A DNA stretch of 64,000 bases from Clostridia bacterium. Lineage in GTDB: Bacteria > Bacillota > Clostridia > UMGS1810. Numbering within the stretch: position 1 is the stretch's first letter; the number at the start of each line of letters is the position of its first letter. Of this stretch, positions 1-9,205 are shown piece after piece. Location: contig JAGATB010000033.1 in assembly GCA_017621495.1 (NCBI GenBank), positions 70,310-134,309 of the forward strand. Direction: 5' to 3'. The position numbers and the translations under genes are program-made. The notes under the pieces are model-generated. The model did no database searches. It had not been told where the DNA came from and saw only the letters and a program-made list of their open reading frames with translations.

Positions 1-13
1 TTCTTGTGATGTT

Positions 14-247
14 GTGTTTATCGAAGATATTTTTGCAGATATTGAATATGTTATATATGAAAAATATCTTGAGCCTCATAGCCTTCTTGATGATTCGCTT
101 ATTCGCATAGTGGCCGATGAGTTTTTGCTTGGTGTTATCGATGAGGCTCAGCCCGAAGAGGATAGATTGGGTATAGACTTTATAAGAGATAATATGCATA
201 CAAATAAGCAGTATGATACTTTCGAATCAGAAGATGTACCTTTTTAA
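14..247 (+). CDS. Hypothetical acidic protein, probably 5'-truncated by the window edge (the frame is open from nt 2)
   Basis: ORF track only. No recognisable motif. Its context is the integrated element. Confidence 0.4.
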   Translation: MFIEDIFADIEYVIYEKYLEPHSLLDDSLIRIVADEFLLGVIDEAQPEEDRLGIDFIRDNMHTNKQYDTFESEDVPF

Positions 248-312
248 AACAAAGTATTGCCTTTTGTCATACTTAGAGTTATACTCAACAGAAAACTTTT
301 GGAGGTGATGTT

Positions 313-519
313 ATGGCAATGACTATAAAGCATCCTGACATATCAGTTCAGTTGGTGGGTCAGAATGGAAATGTTTTTAACCTTATGGGTATTGTAGCGA
401 GAGCTCTGCGTGAGAATGGTTTCGGAGATGAAGTTGATGACTTCGTCTCCGAAGTCACTTCCTCAAAGTCTTATCATGAGGCTCTTGCAGTTATGATGTC
501 TTGGGTAGATGTCCGCTAA
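313..519 (+). CDS. Small hypothetical protein (68 aa), mobile-element associated
   Basis: The ORF has an upstream GGAGGTG Shine-Dalgarno (SD) sequence at 301-307. No catalytic motif is recognised. Confidence 0.5.
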   Translation: MAMTIKHPDISVQLVGQNGNVFNLMGIVARALRENGFGDEVDDFVSEVTSSKSYHEALAVMMSWVDVR

Positions 520-762
520 TGTGGGTATCTATTTTTTTGTGACTTAATATTCTGCACCTAATGATATTATGGACTTCTGGGTGTTAACTCTTAAAAATAT
601 TTTTGATTTTACCCACACATGATGTGGTATTTCTGCATATTTGCTTTAGATTTTACAGTTGAAATGACACCTTGCTTATAAACTTATAAAAGTTAAGCGG
701 ATGTTATGCCTGCATGGTGTTTGATTGGCTTTTAAATAAGTTTTTTTAGGAGGTCCATAGAT

Positions 763-2226
763 ATGGATATTAAAGCGTATAGTGTAGATAATGCTGCTGA
801 AGCATTAGGGTTGGAACCAGAGGATATTCTGGATTTGGTAAAAACAGGTGATTTGGGTGCTATCCAAACAAAAACAAAGACAATTATTCCTATTGCTGCA
901 ATAGATAATTTTCTCTGTGCTTTTTCAACAAATTCTTCAACAAACCTTGACAGCGATGGTGATTGCCAGGTAACATCAGAGCAGTCTAAATCGAAAGGGG
1001 CTGTTGAAGTGAGTGAGATAAAGGTTTATTTCACAAAAGTGAAAAATGATAAGAAACATAATTATATTGCTCAGTTAATTGTTGATGGTGAGCGTGTAAA
1101 GAGCAAGCGTGTTATCAGCAAAGATGAAGGTAATGAGTGGGGTAAAAGTTATGCAGTAGAAAATGGGTATATGACTTCTGAATCAGAAGTTGAAAATGCA
1201 CAGGCGTTAAGCAAAGACCCATTATTCAGGGACTATGCAGAGGCATTTCTCAAAGAGGGCTTTGGTAATGGTACTTCGGTTACCAAAAAGGGTTACTATG
1301 ATGCCATGAAGTCTATTATAAAGGAAATTGGTGACTTTAGGCTAAGTGAGATAACTTTTGATGTAGTTAAAAAGATGTTCAGCAAATTCTCTGAGCGTTA
1401 TGTTCAAAACACAATGAATAAACAGTTTTTGGTTTTAAACAAGGCTTTAACTAATGCCTATGTTGATAAACTTATTCCAGTTGATGTTATGTCTGGGTTC
1501 TATGATAAGTTCGGAAAGCATAATTTTGACTACCCAACAAGTCAAAAGAGAAAAAAGCCTGTTGTTGGCTTTACTGATGAGCAGGTTGATTGGCTTGTGA
1601 CTGCCTCAAAAAAATATCCAGAAGTTTATCCTATTATACAGGTCTTTCTCAGTACAGGTGTTAGGCCAAGTGAATTGAGGGGTATGCTATGGAGAAATGT
1701 TGATTGGGAATCAAAAACAATTACTGTTGAAAGTAGAATTGTTAGAGAGTATGAAACATTATCACTCGATTATCAAAGTACACCTGTTCAAAAGTCAAAA
1801 GAGGGTGTAAAAAATAGTCGTGCAAGAAAAAGTGTAAGAGAAGATATTGGGATTCGTGAATTACCTTTGACAGATGATGCTATTGAGGCTCTTAAAGAAT
1901 GGAAAAAGTATGTTCAAGGGAATCCTGACTATGAGTATTTCAAGGACTCAAAATACATCTTCCCATCTCGTACTGGCGAGTTTATGAGTGAAACTGCTCT
2001 TAAAATGCGTTTTCAAAGATTCCTTAATAGTTCTGGGCTTGGTAAAAAGATGCATTTTACCCCATATATGTTTAGGCATACCTTCTGTACCAGAATGGCT
2101 CTTAATGGGGCGCCTGAAGCAATAACTAAACAGATGATGGGTGATACAAGTTCTGTGATTGTAAACTCTGTTTATACCAATATCGACAAGGCAAGAGGTA
2201 TAAAAGAAGCCAGAAAATATATCTGA
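763..2226 (+). CDS. Tyrosine recombinase / phage-type integrase with an N-terminal excisionase-like HTH
   Basis: The C-terminal catalytic signatures are present: GVRPSELRGMLWRNVDW (Arg), FRHTFCTRMALNG (His-x-x-Arg) and VNSVYTNI (Tyr). The N-terminus YSVDNAAEALGLEPEDILDLVKTGDLGAIQ looks like a MerR/excisionase-type HTH. SD AGGAGG precedes the ATG. Confidence 0.9.
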   Translation: MDIKAYSVDNAAEALGLEPEDILDLVKTGDLGAIQTKTKTIIPIAAIDNFLCAFSTNSSTNLDSDGDCQVTSEQSKSKGAVEVSEIKVYFTKVKNDKKHNYIAQLIVDGERVKSKRVISKDEGNEWGKSYAVENGYMTSESEVENAQALSKDPLFRDYAEAFLKEGFGNGTSVTKKGYYDAMKSIIKEIGDFRLSEITFDVVKKMFSKFSERYVQNTMNKQFLVLNKALTNAYVDKLIPVDVMSGFYDKFGKHNFDYPTSQKRKKPVVGFTDEQVDWLVTASKKYPEVYPIIQVFLSTGVRPSELRGMLWRNVDWESKTITVESRIVREYETLSLDYQSTPVQKSKEGVKNSRARKSVREDIGIRELPLTDDAIEALKEWKKYVQGNPDYEYFKDSKYIFPSRTGEFMSETALKMRFQRFLNSSGLGKKMHFTPYMFRHTFCTRMALNGAPEAITKQMMGDTSSVIVNSVYTNIDKARGIKEARKYI

Positions 2227-2239
2227 GTTGAGACTAAAA

Positions 2240-2276
2240 AGATAGGTTTACTTTGTAGGTAAGCCTATCTTTTTTT
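2240..2276 (+). terminator. Intrinsic terminator after the integrase gene
   Basis: A 12-bp stem (AGATAGGTTTAC / GTAAGCCTATCT, one G-U pair) with a 7-nt loop, followed by a T7 run. Confidence 0.75.
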
Positions 2277-2315
2277 AAAAATAAAAAGAGACTATACTAA
2301 AAATATAGCCTCTCT
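2277..2315 (-). terminator. Intrinsic terminator downstream of tRNA-Thr
   Basis: On the minus strand the stem AGAGAGGCTATA / TATAGTCTCT is followed by TTTTTATTTTT. Confidence 0.6.
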
Positions 2316-2317
2316 AT

Positions 2318-2392
2318 TGGAGCTGGTGACGGGAATCGAACCTGCAACCTGGTCATTACGAATGACCTGCTCTGCCATTGAGCCACACCAGC
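2318..2392 (-). tRNA. tRNA-Thr (anticodon CGU), with encoded CCA
   Basis: The reverse complement GCTGGTGTGGCTCAATGGCAGAGCAGGTCATTCGTAATGACCAGGTTGCAGGTTCGATTCCCGTCACCAGCTCCA folds as a cloverleaf. It has a 7-bp acceptor stem, a GCTC/GAGC D stem, a GGTCA/TGACC anticodon stem with loop TTCGTAA, and a TTCGATT T-loop. There is one A-C mismatch in the T stem. Confidence 0.85.
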
Positions 2393-2530
2393 ATATGAGT
2401 GCATAAGTTGTGCCTATGCACTATTTTTACAACAAATTATTCAACAATTTTCGATTTTCAACAAACTTGAAAGTCTGCAACTGCTGATTGTTACTGAGTT
2501 TGTAGGCACTTTTTCATAACTTTTTATTGC

Positions 2531-2569
2531 ATTACGAATCAGCTGCTCTACCGACTGAGCCACACCAGC
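2531..2569 (-). pseudogene. Truncated tRNA-Thr(CGU) 5' half (acceptor 5' arm through the anticodon loop only)
   Basis: The reverse complement GCTGGTGTGGCTCAGTCGGTAGAGCAGCTGATTCGTAAT matches a tRNA up to the anticodon loop. It then diverges (TGCAATAAAAAG) with no 3' anticodon-stem arm or T arm. Its D-loop differs from that of the intact copy. Confidence 0.75.
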
Positions 2570-2692
2570 ATCAATAGATATATTATACTAAAATTTGTTA
2601 CTGTAGTCAAGGGGTAAATTATAAATTTTTCATTGACATTACGATTATTTAATAGTAAAATTATAAGTAAAGATTATATTTTGGAGGAACAA

Positions 2693-3721
2693 ATGAAAAA
2701 ACTTATTGCTTTACTATTGATTGCAGCTGTCTTTACTTTTGGCGGCTGCGGCAAAAAACAGGATAAACAACCTCAAACCACATCAAAGACAAACACACAG
2801 CAGACTCAGCATGATGAAAAGAAAGATGCCAAAGATACCTTCCGGGAGATGATGCAGACCGATACACGCCCGATTGCTGTCATGATAGACAACGACGGCA
2901 AATCCTCCCGCCCCCAGATAGGCTTGGAGAGTGCCTATATGGTCTACGAGGTTATAGTAGAGGGCGGAGCCAGCAGACTTATGGCGCTCTTTAAGGATGT
3001 GTCGGTTTCCAAGGTTGGTCCGGTGCGTTCTTCCAGACACTATTTCCTTGACTATGCTTTGGAGCACGATGCCATCTATTGTCACGCCGGCTGGAGCCCC
3101 AAGGCAGCGTCGGATATACGCTCTCTCGGTGTTAACAATGTAAACGGTGTAGCCGGTGACGGCGGTGTGTTTTACAGAGACAAGACCTATGACTCCACCT
3201 GGCACAACCTCTACACAGGGGTGGATTCTCTGTATGATTATGCGGTGAATTCCAGAGGTTACAGAGGTACCACCGATGCCAAGCACCTGACATATCATGA
3301 TAAAGATACCGATATTACAGACGGCTCCGATGCTTTGGAGATTTCTCTGCCGTACTCCACATACTACAGGGTTTCTTATACATATGATGCAGACCAAAAG
3401 CTTTACAAGCGATATGTGGACGGTACCGAGCATATGTCGCAGACCGGTGAGTGCCTCACAGCCAAAAATATTATTATAATGCCTGTGCGTAATTACAACC
3501 TGCAGGATGGTGAAAACAAAGGCCGTCAGGAGGTAAATACCGTAGGCAGCGGCTCCGGAAAATATATAACCAACGGCAAAGCAATCGATATCACATGGTC
3601 AAAGGCTTCCAGAAGCGCCAAAACTACATACTCGGACTTATCCGGAAACGAGCTGATACTCAATCCAGGAAATACTTATGTACAGGTAGTTCCCTTAGGT
3701 TCATCGGTAACCGTAAAATAA
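2693..3721 (+). CDS. DUF3048-family lipoprotein (YerB-like)
   Basis: The lipobox signal peptide is MKKLIALLLIAAVFTFGGCG. The motif RPIAVMIDNDGKSSRPQIGLESAYMVYEVIVEGGASRLMALF is typical of DUF3048. The start is set at the SD-supported ATG 2693 (GGAGGA upstream), not the TTG at 2633. Confidence 0.8.
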   Translation: MKKLIALLLIAAVFTFGGCGKKQDKQPQTTSKTNTQQTQHDEKKDAKDTFREMMQTDTRPIAVMIDNDGKSSRPQIGLESAYMVYEVIVEGGASRLMALFKDVSVSKVGPVRSSRHYFLDYALEHDAIYCHAGWSPKAASDIRSLGVNNVNGVAGDGGVFYRDKTYDSTWHNLYTGVDSLYDYAVNSRGYRGTTDAKHLTYHDKDTDITDGSDALEISLPYSTYYRVSYTYDADQKLYKRYVDGTEHMSQTGECLTAKNIIIMPVRNYNLQDGENKGRQEVNTVGSGSGKYITNGKAIDITWSKASRSAKTTYSDLSGNELILNPGNTYVQVVPLGSSVTVK

Positions 3722-3846
3722 AATTGAATATTTTACCTGTAATTTCAGTATAATAAGAATATAAAACCTGCGATTAAGCTTACAGACCGATCGGAACCCA
3801 TTTTTGGAGGGACTGTAAATTAATATGCAGGTTTTCTTAATTTAAA

Positions 3847-3875
3847 TTGACAAAATCTGTCATAAATGGTATTAT
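3847..3875 (+). promoter_or_regulatory. Sigma-A-type promoter upstream of cysK
   Basis: TTGACA (3847-3852), a 17-nt spacer, then TGgTATTAT as an extended -10 (3867-3875). Confidence 0.6.
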
Positions 3876-3906
3876 ATTAAGGTAAGACTTGTTTTAGGAG
3901 GCATAT

Positions 3907-4833
3907 ATGATTTGCAATAATATATTAGAAGCCATGGGAGATACCCCCATGATTAAATTAAATAACCTGGCAGATGAAGACAGTGCCCGTATTCTGGTTA
4001 AGTTTGAAGGGCTCAACGTAGGCGGTTCCATCAAAACCCGTACCGCATACAATATGATTAAAGATGCCGAGGAAAAGGGTATAATAAATAAAGATACAAT
4101 CATAGTGGAGCCCACCAGCGGTAATCAAGGCATAGGTCTGGCTCTTGTTGGTGCAGTGCGTGGCTACAAGACCAAAATCATAATGCCCGATTCTGTCAGC
4201 GAAGAACGCAGAAAGCTTGTAAATCACTACGGCGCAGAGGTTATACTGGTACATGATGCAGGCAACATTGGTGCATGTATAGACGAATGCCTGCAGATTG
4301 CCCTTAAAATGCGAGATGAAGACCCAAATGTATTTGTACCGCAGCAGTTTGAAAATCCCGCCAATCCCTCAATTCAGCGAGAACAGACCGGTATGGAAAT
4401 CCTGCGTCAGGTAGACGGTCCCATTCACGGATTCTGCTCCGGTATAGGCACCGGCGGCACTATCACCGGTATAGGTGAAACCCTCAAGTCAAAAAATCCG
4501 GATATAGAAATCTGGGCTGTGGAGCCTGAACATGCTGCCATACTTTCCGGTGGTTCCATAGGTACTCATTTACAGATGGGTATAGGCGACGGCATCATAC
4601 CGGTAATCCTCAATCAGGATATTTATAATGATGTATGTATTATCAAAGATGAGGAAGCCATACGCACAGCCAAGGAGCTCGCATCAAAAGAGGGCATAAT
4701 GTGCGGTATTTCCAGCGGTACCAACGTAGCGGCGGCAATCAAGCTTGCCAAAAAGCTCGGCAAAGGCAAGACGGTAGTTACCGTGCTCCCGGATACCGCA
4801 GAGAGATATTTTTCCACACCGCTTTTTGAATAA
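3907..4833 (+). CDS. cysK: Cysteine synthase A (O-acetylserine sulfhydrylase, PLP-dependent)
   Basis: Motifs GGSIKTRTAYNMI (PLP Lys), TSGNQGIGLA and GIGTGGTITG. The length is 308 aa. Confidence 0.9.
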   Translation: MICNNILEAMGDTPMIKLNNLADEDSARILVKFEGLNVGGSIKTRTAYNMIKDAEEKGIINKDTIIVEPTSGNQGIGLALVGAVRGYKTKIIMPDSVSEERRKLVNHYGAEVILVHDAGNIGACIDECLQIALKMRDEDPNVFVPQQFENPANPSIQREQTGMEILRQVDGPIHGFCSGIGTGGTITGIGETLKSKNPDIEIWAVEPEHAAILSGGSIGTHLQMGIGDGIIPVILNQDIYNDVCIIKDEEAIRTAKELASKEGIMCGISSGTNVAAAIKLAKKLGKGKTVVTVLPDTAERYFSTPLFE

Positions 4834-4860
4834 GTACATATCTTCAGAAAGGAAATCATT

Positions 4861-5844
4861 ATGGAATTATTAAATAAACTTACGCAAACCTATTCACCCT
4901 CCGGCAGTGAGGAGCAAATCCGTGCCCTCATAGAGTCTGAAGTCGCTCCATATGCTGATGAAGTATATACTGATAACCTCGGCAATCTCATAGTCCGCAA
5001 AAGGGGCAACGGCAATAAAATCATGCTCTCTGCTCACATGGACGAGATAGGTCTGCTTGTTAATTATATAGAAGACAACGGCTTTTTGAGATTTTCACCG
5101 GTGGGTGGTATCATGCCGTACTGTGCACTTTATCAGAGTGTTGTGTTTCAAAACGGTATCAAAGGTACGGTTGCTTATGAGGAAAAAATCGACCTCAAAA
5201 AGGAATTTGATATAACCAAGATGTATATAGATATCGGTGCTTCCAATGCCGAAGAAGCCGAGAATATGATTTCCCTGGGCGACTGTGCGGTTTTCTGCGG
5301 AGAATTCTCACACCACGGAGACATACTCACCTCCAAAGCCATGGACAACAGAGCCGGAGTATACGTGCTCATCAGAGTACTTCGTGCACTTAAGGAGGTC
5401 AAAAATGACCTCTATTTCGTATTTTCATCTCAGGAGGAGCTTGGACTAAGAGGTGCCAAAGCAGCGGCAAATGCCATATCGCCTCATATCGGTCTGGCAG
5501 TTGACGTTACCGATACGGGCGACACTCCCAATTGTAACCGCATGGCTGTAAAACTTGGAAAAGGTGCTTGTATCAAGCTTATGGATAATTCCATAATAAC
5601 CCACAAGATAGTAAACGATGCTCTCAAGGCTTCTGCAGACAGAGTAGGTGCACCTGTTCAGTATGAAGTTTTGTCCTTGGGCGGTACTGATGCCGGTGCT
5701 ATCCATACATCGGGTACCGGAGTTATGACAGGTGCCGTATCTATACCTACACGCTATATTCATACTCCCCGTGAGACCGTGAATATGAATGATATAATCG
5801 GTGCGGTGGATATCATAACAGATTTTGTAAACTCTGATTTTTGA
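4861..5844 (+). CDS. M42 family metallo-aminopeptidase (FrvX/CelM-like)
   Basis: Motifs SAHMDEIGLLV, SKAMDNRAG, SSQEELGLRGA and IPTRYIHTP. The length is 327 aa. Confidence 0.85.
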   Translation: MELLNKLTQTYSPSGSEEQIRALIESEVAPYADEVYTDNLGNLIVRKRGNGNKIMLSAHMDEIGLLVNYIEDNGFLRFSPVGGIMPYCALYQSVVFQNGIKGTVAYEEKIDLKKEFDITKMYIDIGASNAEEAENMISLGDCAVFCGEFSHHGDILTSKAMDNRAGVYVLIRVLRALKEVKNDLYFVFSSQEELGLRGAKAAANAISPHIGLAVDVTDTGDTPNCNRMAVKLGKGACIKLMDNSIITHKIVNDALKASADRVGAPVQYEVLSLGGTDAGAIHTSGTGVMTGAVSIPTRYIHTPRETVNMNDIIGAVDIITDFVNSDF

Positions 5845-5982
5845 GGTGTAAATGCAATGGAGCCCAACCACCCGCAGCATTATTCTGCGAGTGAATAAGC
5901 TCCTATATAATCAACTAACGGCTTATTGCTGTTAGTTGTTGTATTATATAATATGTTTTTTATGGCCGGGAGGTGAATAAAT

Positions 5983-6675
5983 TTGAAGCTGATTACAGCA
6001 GGAAATATATCGGATGCAGTCGCATCTGCATTAAGAGAGCTTGGATTTGATGCTGTGCCTACTTTGGAGAATACCAATGTACTCAGCGGTCTGGGCTATC
6101 ACCCGGATATGCAGCTTGTAAGGGTGGGTAATACGGTGGTTTGTGACCCCGGATTATATGACTATTACAGTGATATCTTCGCCGGGACAAGCTTCAAATT
6201 ACTTTGCGGCAAAGCCCAAACCCAATGTAACTACCCGCAGGATGTGGCATATAATATAAAGGTAGCCGAAAATAACGTTTTCCATAATTTCAAGTATACA
6301 GATGAGGTGCTCTTAGAGTTATTGGACGGCATGAATAAGATAGACGTTTCTCAGGGCTACAGCGGATGCAGTATCTGTACTGCAGGGCACGATGCCATCA
6401 TCACCGCCGATACCGTCATACACGCTGCTGCACTTCGACATGGGATTGACTCTCTTCTTATTTCACCCGGGCATATACAACTGCCGGGATTTAATTACGG
6501 ATTTATAGGTGGTGCCTCATTTTATCATGACGGAGGACTGTATTTTTTCGGCAATGTGAAAACTCATCCCGATTTTGCACAAATTTATGATTTTTGCAGA
6601 AATCACGGCACACGAATATATTCACTCACTACAGATGAGCTATATGACTACGGCGGTGCTGTTACTCTTGATTAA
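5983..6675 (+). CDS. Hypothetical protein, possibly a guanidino-group-modifying-enzyme-fold protein (DUF6873-like)
   Basis: TTG start with GGGAGG 9 nt upstream. The family assignment comes from motif recall (YHPDMQ, NYPQDVAYN, GFIGGAS) and is not verified. Confidence 0.45.
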   Translation: MKLITAGNISDAVASALRELGFDAVPTLENTNVLSGLGYHPDMQLVRVGNTVVCDPGLYDYYSDIFAGTSFKLLCGKAQTQCNYPQDVAYNIKVAENNVFHNFKYTDEVLLELLDGMNKIDVSQGYSGCSICTAGHDAIITADTVIHAAALRHGIDSLLISPGHIQLPGFNYGFIGGASFYHDGGLYFFGNVKTHPDFAQIYDFCRNHGTRIYSLTTDELYDYGGAVTLD

Positions 6676-6718
6676 TTTAAAAAATAATACACATAATATT
6701 CCCGTAAAGGTTGTGAGA

Positions 6719-7453
6719 ATGTTGTGTACGAGAATTATTTTTACAAATGATAAACGGGAAACCGCCGATAAACTTTCGGCTTTTATGTGCAGGGTATGTA
6801 TCGGTCATGAATTTAACGAATACAGCGATACCTGCGAGATTGAAGCCGAACCTGATGATGAAAAACTTTATGAAATGTGTTGTGAATTGTCAGCGCACAT
6901 TACAGATGACTATATAAAGAAAAATATCGAACACTTTCTGGATAAAAATTATGCCTGCTTTAATTCCGATGAGAGCAAGATTATATGCTGCAATGTTCTG
7001 GCACGGGACTGCGTTTCGGAGCTCCCCGGGAGATTGTATGTTTATATCAAGGTAAATAAATCCGTTAATCCCTTTGCATTTTACAGATTTATGTGTACCG
7101 ATATTTCCCGTGAGGTCTTGGATGCCGCCGCACAGGAGGCTGATAAAATTCTTACAATGAATGAAAATTCTGATTTTATAGAGCTTCTTAAGTGTTATGC
7201 CGGTGTGTCACCTGAAAGTGTAGACACCGTGGAGATAGTTGCCGCAGGCAGAGGCATCAGGATAACCGCCTGTAATCCCGATACAGCGGATTACAACGCA
7301 GAGTTCGGACTGGATGAAGCCGATATACTTTCCGAGCTGGTTACCTTAAATCCAAAACGTATATTAATATCCGGTAAGGATGATTTTTTGAGAAACGATA
7401 TTTCAGCCGTCATAACTTCAGTGTTTGAAGGCAGGATAGAATATCTGGATTAA
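6719..7453 (+). CDS. Hypothetical protein, possibly YtxC-like sporulation protein
   Basis: The ORF is trimmed to ATG 6719 to avoid overlap with the upstream gene. The family call is weak (NPFAFYRF-type motif recalled). Confidence 0.4.
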   Translation: MLCTRIIFTNDKRETADKLSAFMCRVCIGHEFNEYSDTCEIEAEPDDEKLYEMCCELSAHITDDYIKKNIEHFLDKNYACFNSDESKIICCNVLARDCVSELPGRLYVYIKVNKSVNPFAFYRFMCTDISREVLDAAAQEADKILTMNENSDFIELLKCYAGVSPESVDTVEIVAAGRGIRITACNPDTADYNAEFGLDEADILSELVTLNPKRILISGKDDFLRNDISAVITSVFEGRIEYLD

Positions 7454-7475
7454 TAAACAAAGGATAGGTAGAATC

Positions 7476-9143
7476 ATGAAACTTGTATTAGCCGCTTTAA
7501 ATACCAAATATATACACACGTCACTTTCCGTGCGCTGTCTGTATGCTTCTGTGAAAGATATATGTCAGTGCGTCCTCAAGGAGTACACCATCAACGATTC
7601 CTTGGACTCCATAGCTGCGGATATCTATGCACAAAGCCCCGACGCTGTGGCTTTTTCGTGTTATATATGGAATATTGATATGGTACTAAAGATTGCTTCG
7701 GTGCTCAAAAAGTCAAATTCACGGTTGGTTGTGATTTTGGGCGGATATGAAGTGGAGTTTGATTCTGAAAATATATTAAAATTAAATCCGCAAGCGGATG
7801 CCGTAGTGCGTGGAGAAGGGGAGATTACCCTGAGAAGCTATGTCAGCTATCTCCAAAATAACGCAGATGCGACATCCCTTTGCGGTGTTACATACCGTCG
7901 TGACGGACAGGTTATATACACACCCGACTGCACCCTTTGTGCAGATATGGATGAGCTTCCATTCGTGTATGACGATACCATAGACCAATTCAAAAACAGG
8001 ATTATATACTATGAATCCTCCAGAGGATGTCCGTACGGATGCACTTATTGCATATCGGGAGAGACTCGGAGGGTGAGATTTCGTAGTGTAGACAGAGTTA
8101 TAAATGAGCTTAAGTTTTTCATGGAGCACAGCGTACCTCTTGTTAAGTTTGTGGACCGTACTTTCAACGCCAATCCCAAACGTGCCAAAGAAATTTTTAA
8201 GTTTATAGCCGAGCACCCGTCGGATACCAAATTTCATATGGAGCTTGCCGGTGATATCATAGATGATGAAACCATAGATATACTTTCTAATGTTAAGAAG
8301 GGGACTCTTCAATTTGAAATAGGTGTCCAGACTACCAACCCCCACACCATGAAAGCCATCGACCGCAATATCAGCTTTGATAAGCTTTCACGTGCAGTTA
8401 CCAAGCTTTTGAAACCGGGCAACATTCATATCCACCTCGACCTTATAGCCGGGCTTCCCCATGAAGATTTGACATCGTTTAAGAATTCCTTCAACGAGGT
8501 AATATCCCTGCGGTCTCATGTGTTGCAGCTTGGATTTCTTAAACTGTTAAAGGGCTCCAAAATACGACTTCATGAGCATAAATACGGATATGTATACCGT
8601 GATTGGCCACCATATGAAGTAATATCCAATGATTTCATATCCTATGATGATATCCTTGAGCTTAAGATGGTGGAGGAAGCTTTGGAAAGGTATTACAACA
8701 GCGGTGCCTTTGTTAATACCATAGAGGTCCTGTTTGAACACTGCGATAATCCCTATGAGGTGTTCTATACAATAGGCAATTATTTCAAACGCAATTATAC
8801 CTCAAATTATGCTTTTTCTAAGCAAGCCTTATATGATATCCTCTATGATTGTTATAAAGATAGGGGAACAGAATTTTTTGAAGCATTAAAGAAGGACTAT
8901 CTCATAAGCTTTCGTCCCGGCAAGAGACCGGGGTGGTTCGATACGCATGACGACACGCTTCTGGCAAAGGCATATGAGCTTTTCAAGGATGAAGAATTTA
9001 AAAAGGCACATTTCCCGCATTATTACGATGTGCCTGCCAAAGAGATACTAAAGCACATACACCCGGAGCGATTTTCATACGGCGTACTCGTATTTGATTA
9101 TTCATACGGCACGGTGCACGATGTGTCCGGATATTTACGATAA
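7476..9143 (+). CDS. B12-binding-domain radical SAM protein with a DUF4080-type C-terminus
   Basis: The N-terminus MKLVLAALNTKYIHTSLSVRCLYA is typical of this family. The radical SAM cluster motif is SSRGCPYGCTYC. Confidence 0.85.
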   Translation: MKLVLAALNTKYIHTSLSVRCLYASVKDICQCVLKEYTINDSLDSIAADIYAQSPDAVAFSCYIWNIDMVLKIASVLKKSNSRLVVILGGYEVEFDSENILKLNPQADAVVRGEGEITLRSYVSYLQNNADATSLCGVTYRRDGQVIYTPDCTLCADMDELPFVYDDTIDQFKNRIIYYESSRGCPYGCTYCISGETRRVRFRSVDRVINELKFFMEHSVPLVKFVDRTFNANPKRAKEIFKFIAEHPSDTKFHMELAGDIIDDETIDILSNVKKGTLQFEIGVQTTNPHTMKAIDRNISFDKLSRAVTKLLKPGNIHIHLDLIAGLPHEDLTSFKNSFNEVISLRSHVLQLGFLKLLKGSKIRLHEHKYGYVYRDWPPYEVISNDFISYDDILELKMVEEALERYYNSGAFVNTIEVLFEHCDNPYEVFYTIGNYFKRNYTSNYAFSKQALYDILYDCYKDRGTEFFEALKKDYLISFRPGKRPGWFDTHDDTLLAKAYELFKDEEFKKAHFPHYYDVPAKEILKHIHPERFSYGVLVFDYSYGTVHDVSGYLR

Positions 9144-9205
9144 TTTATTAAAATAATATAATATGCATATAATAAAGCTACTTTGGTATTTTAGGAGGAC
9201 AATGT

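Larger units (their letters stand above)
1..2317. mobile_element. Right-hand end of an integrated element (prophage- or ICE-like) terminating at tRNA-Thr
   Basis: Small acidic ORFs of unknown function are followed by a tyrosine integrase whose 3' end faces the 3' end of a tRNA gene. This is the classical int-att-tRNA arrangement. The left boundary lies outside the window. Confidence 0.6.

Noticed and set aside
2783-3433. 216-aa ORF antisense to the DUF3048 lipoprotein gene
   Set aside because: A shadow ORF with no SD, no recognisable motif and a complete overlap with a motif-supported gene.
3766-3835. A structured about 70-nt element (AAAACCTGC ... GCAGGTTTT with inner pairings) upstream of cysK, considered as a sulfur/SAM riboswitch or T-box
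   Set aside because: It lies upstream of the predicted cysK promoter, not in the leader. I see no S-box, SAM-II or T-box core sequences. It is more simply a long-loop terminator or 3' UTR structure of the lipoprotein gene.
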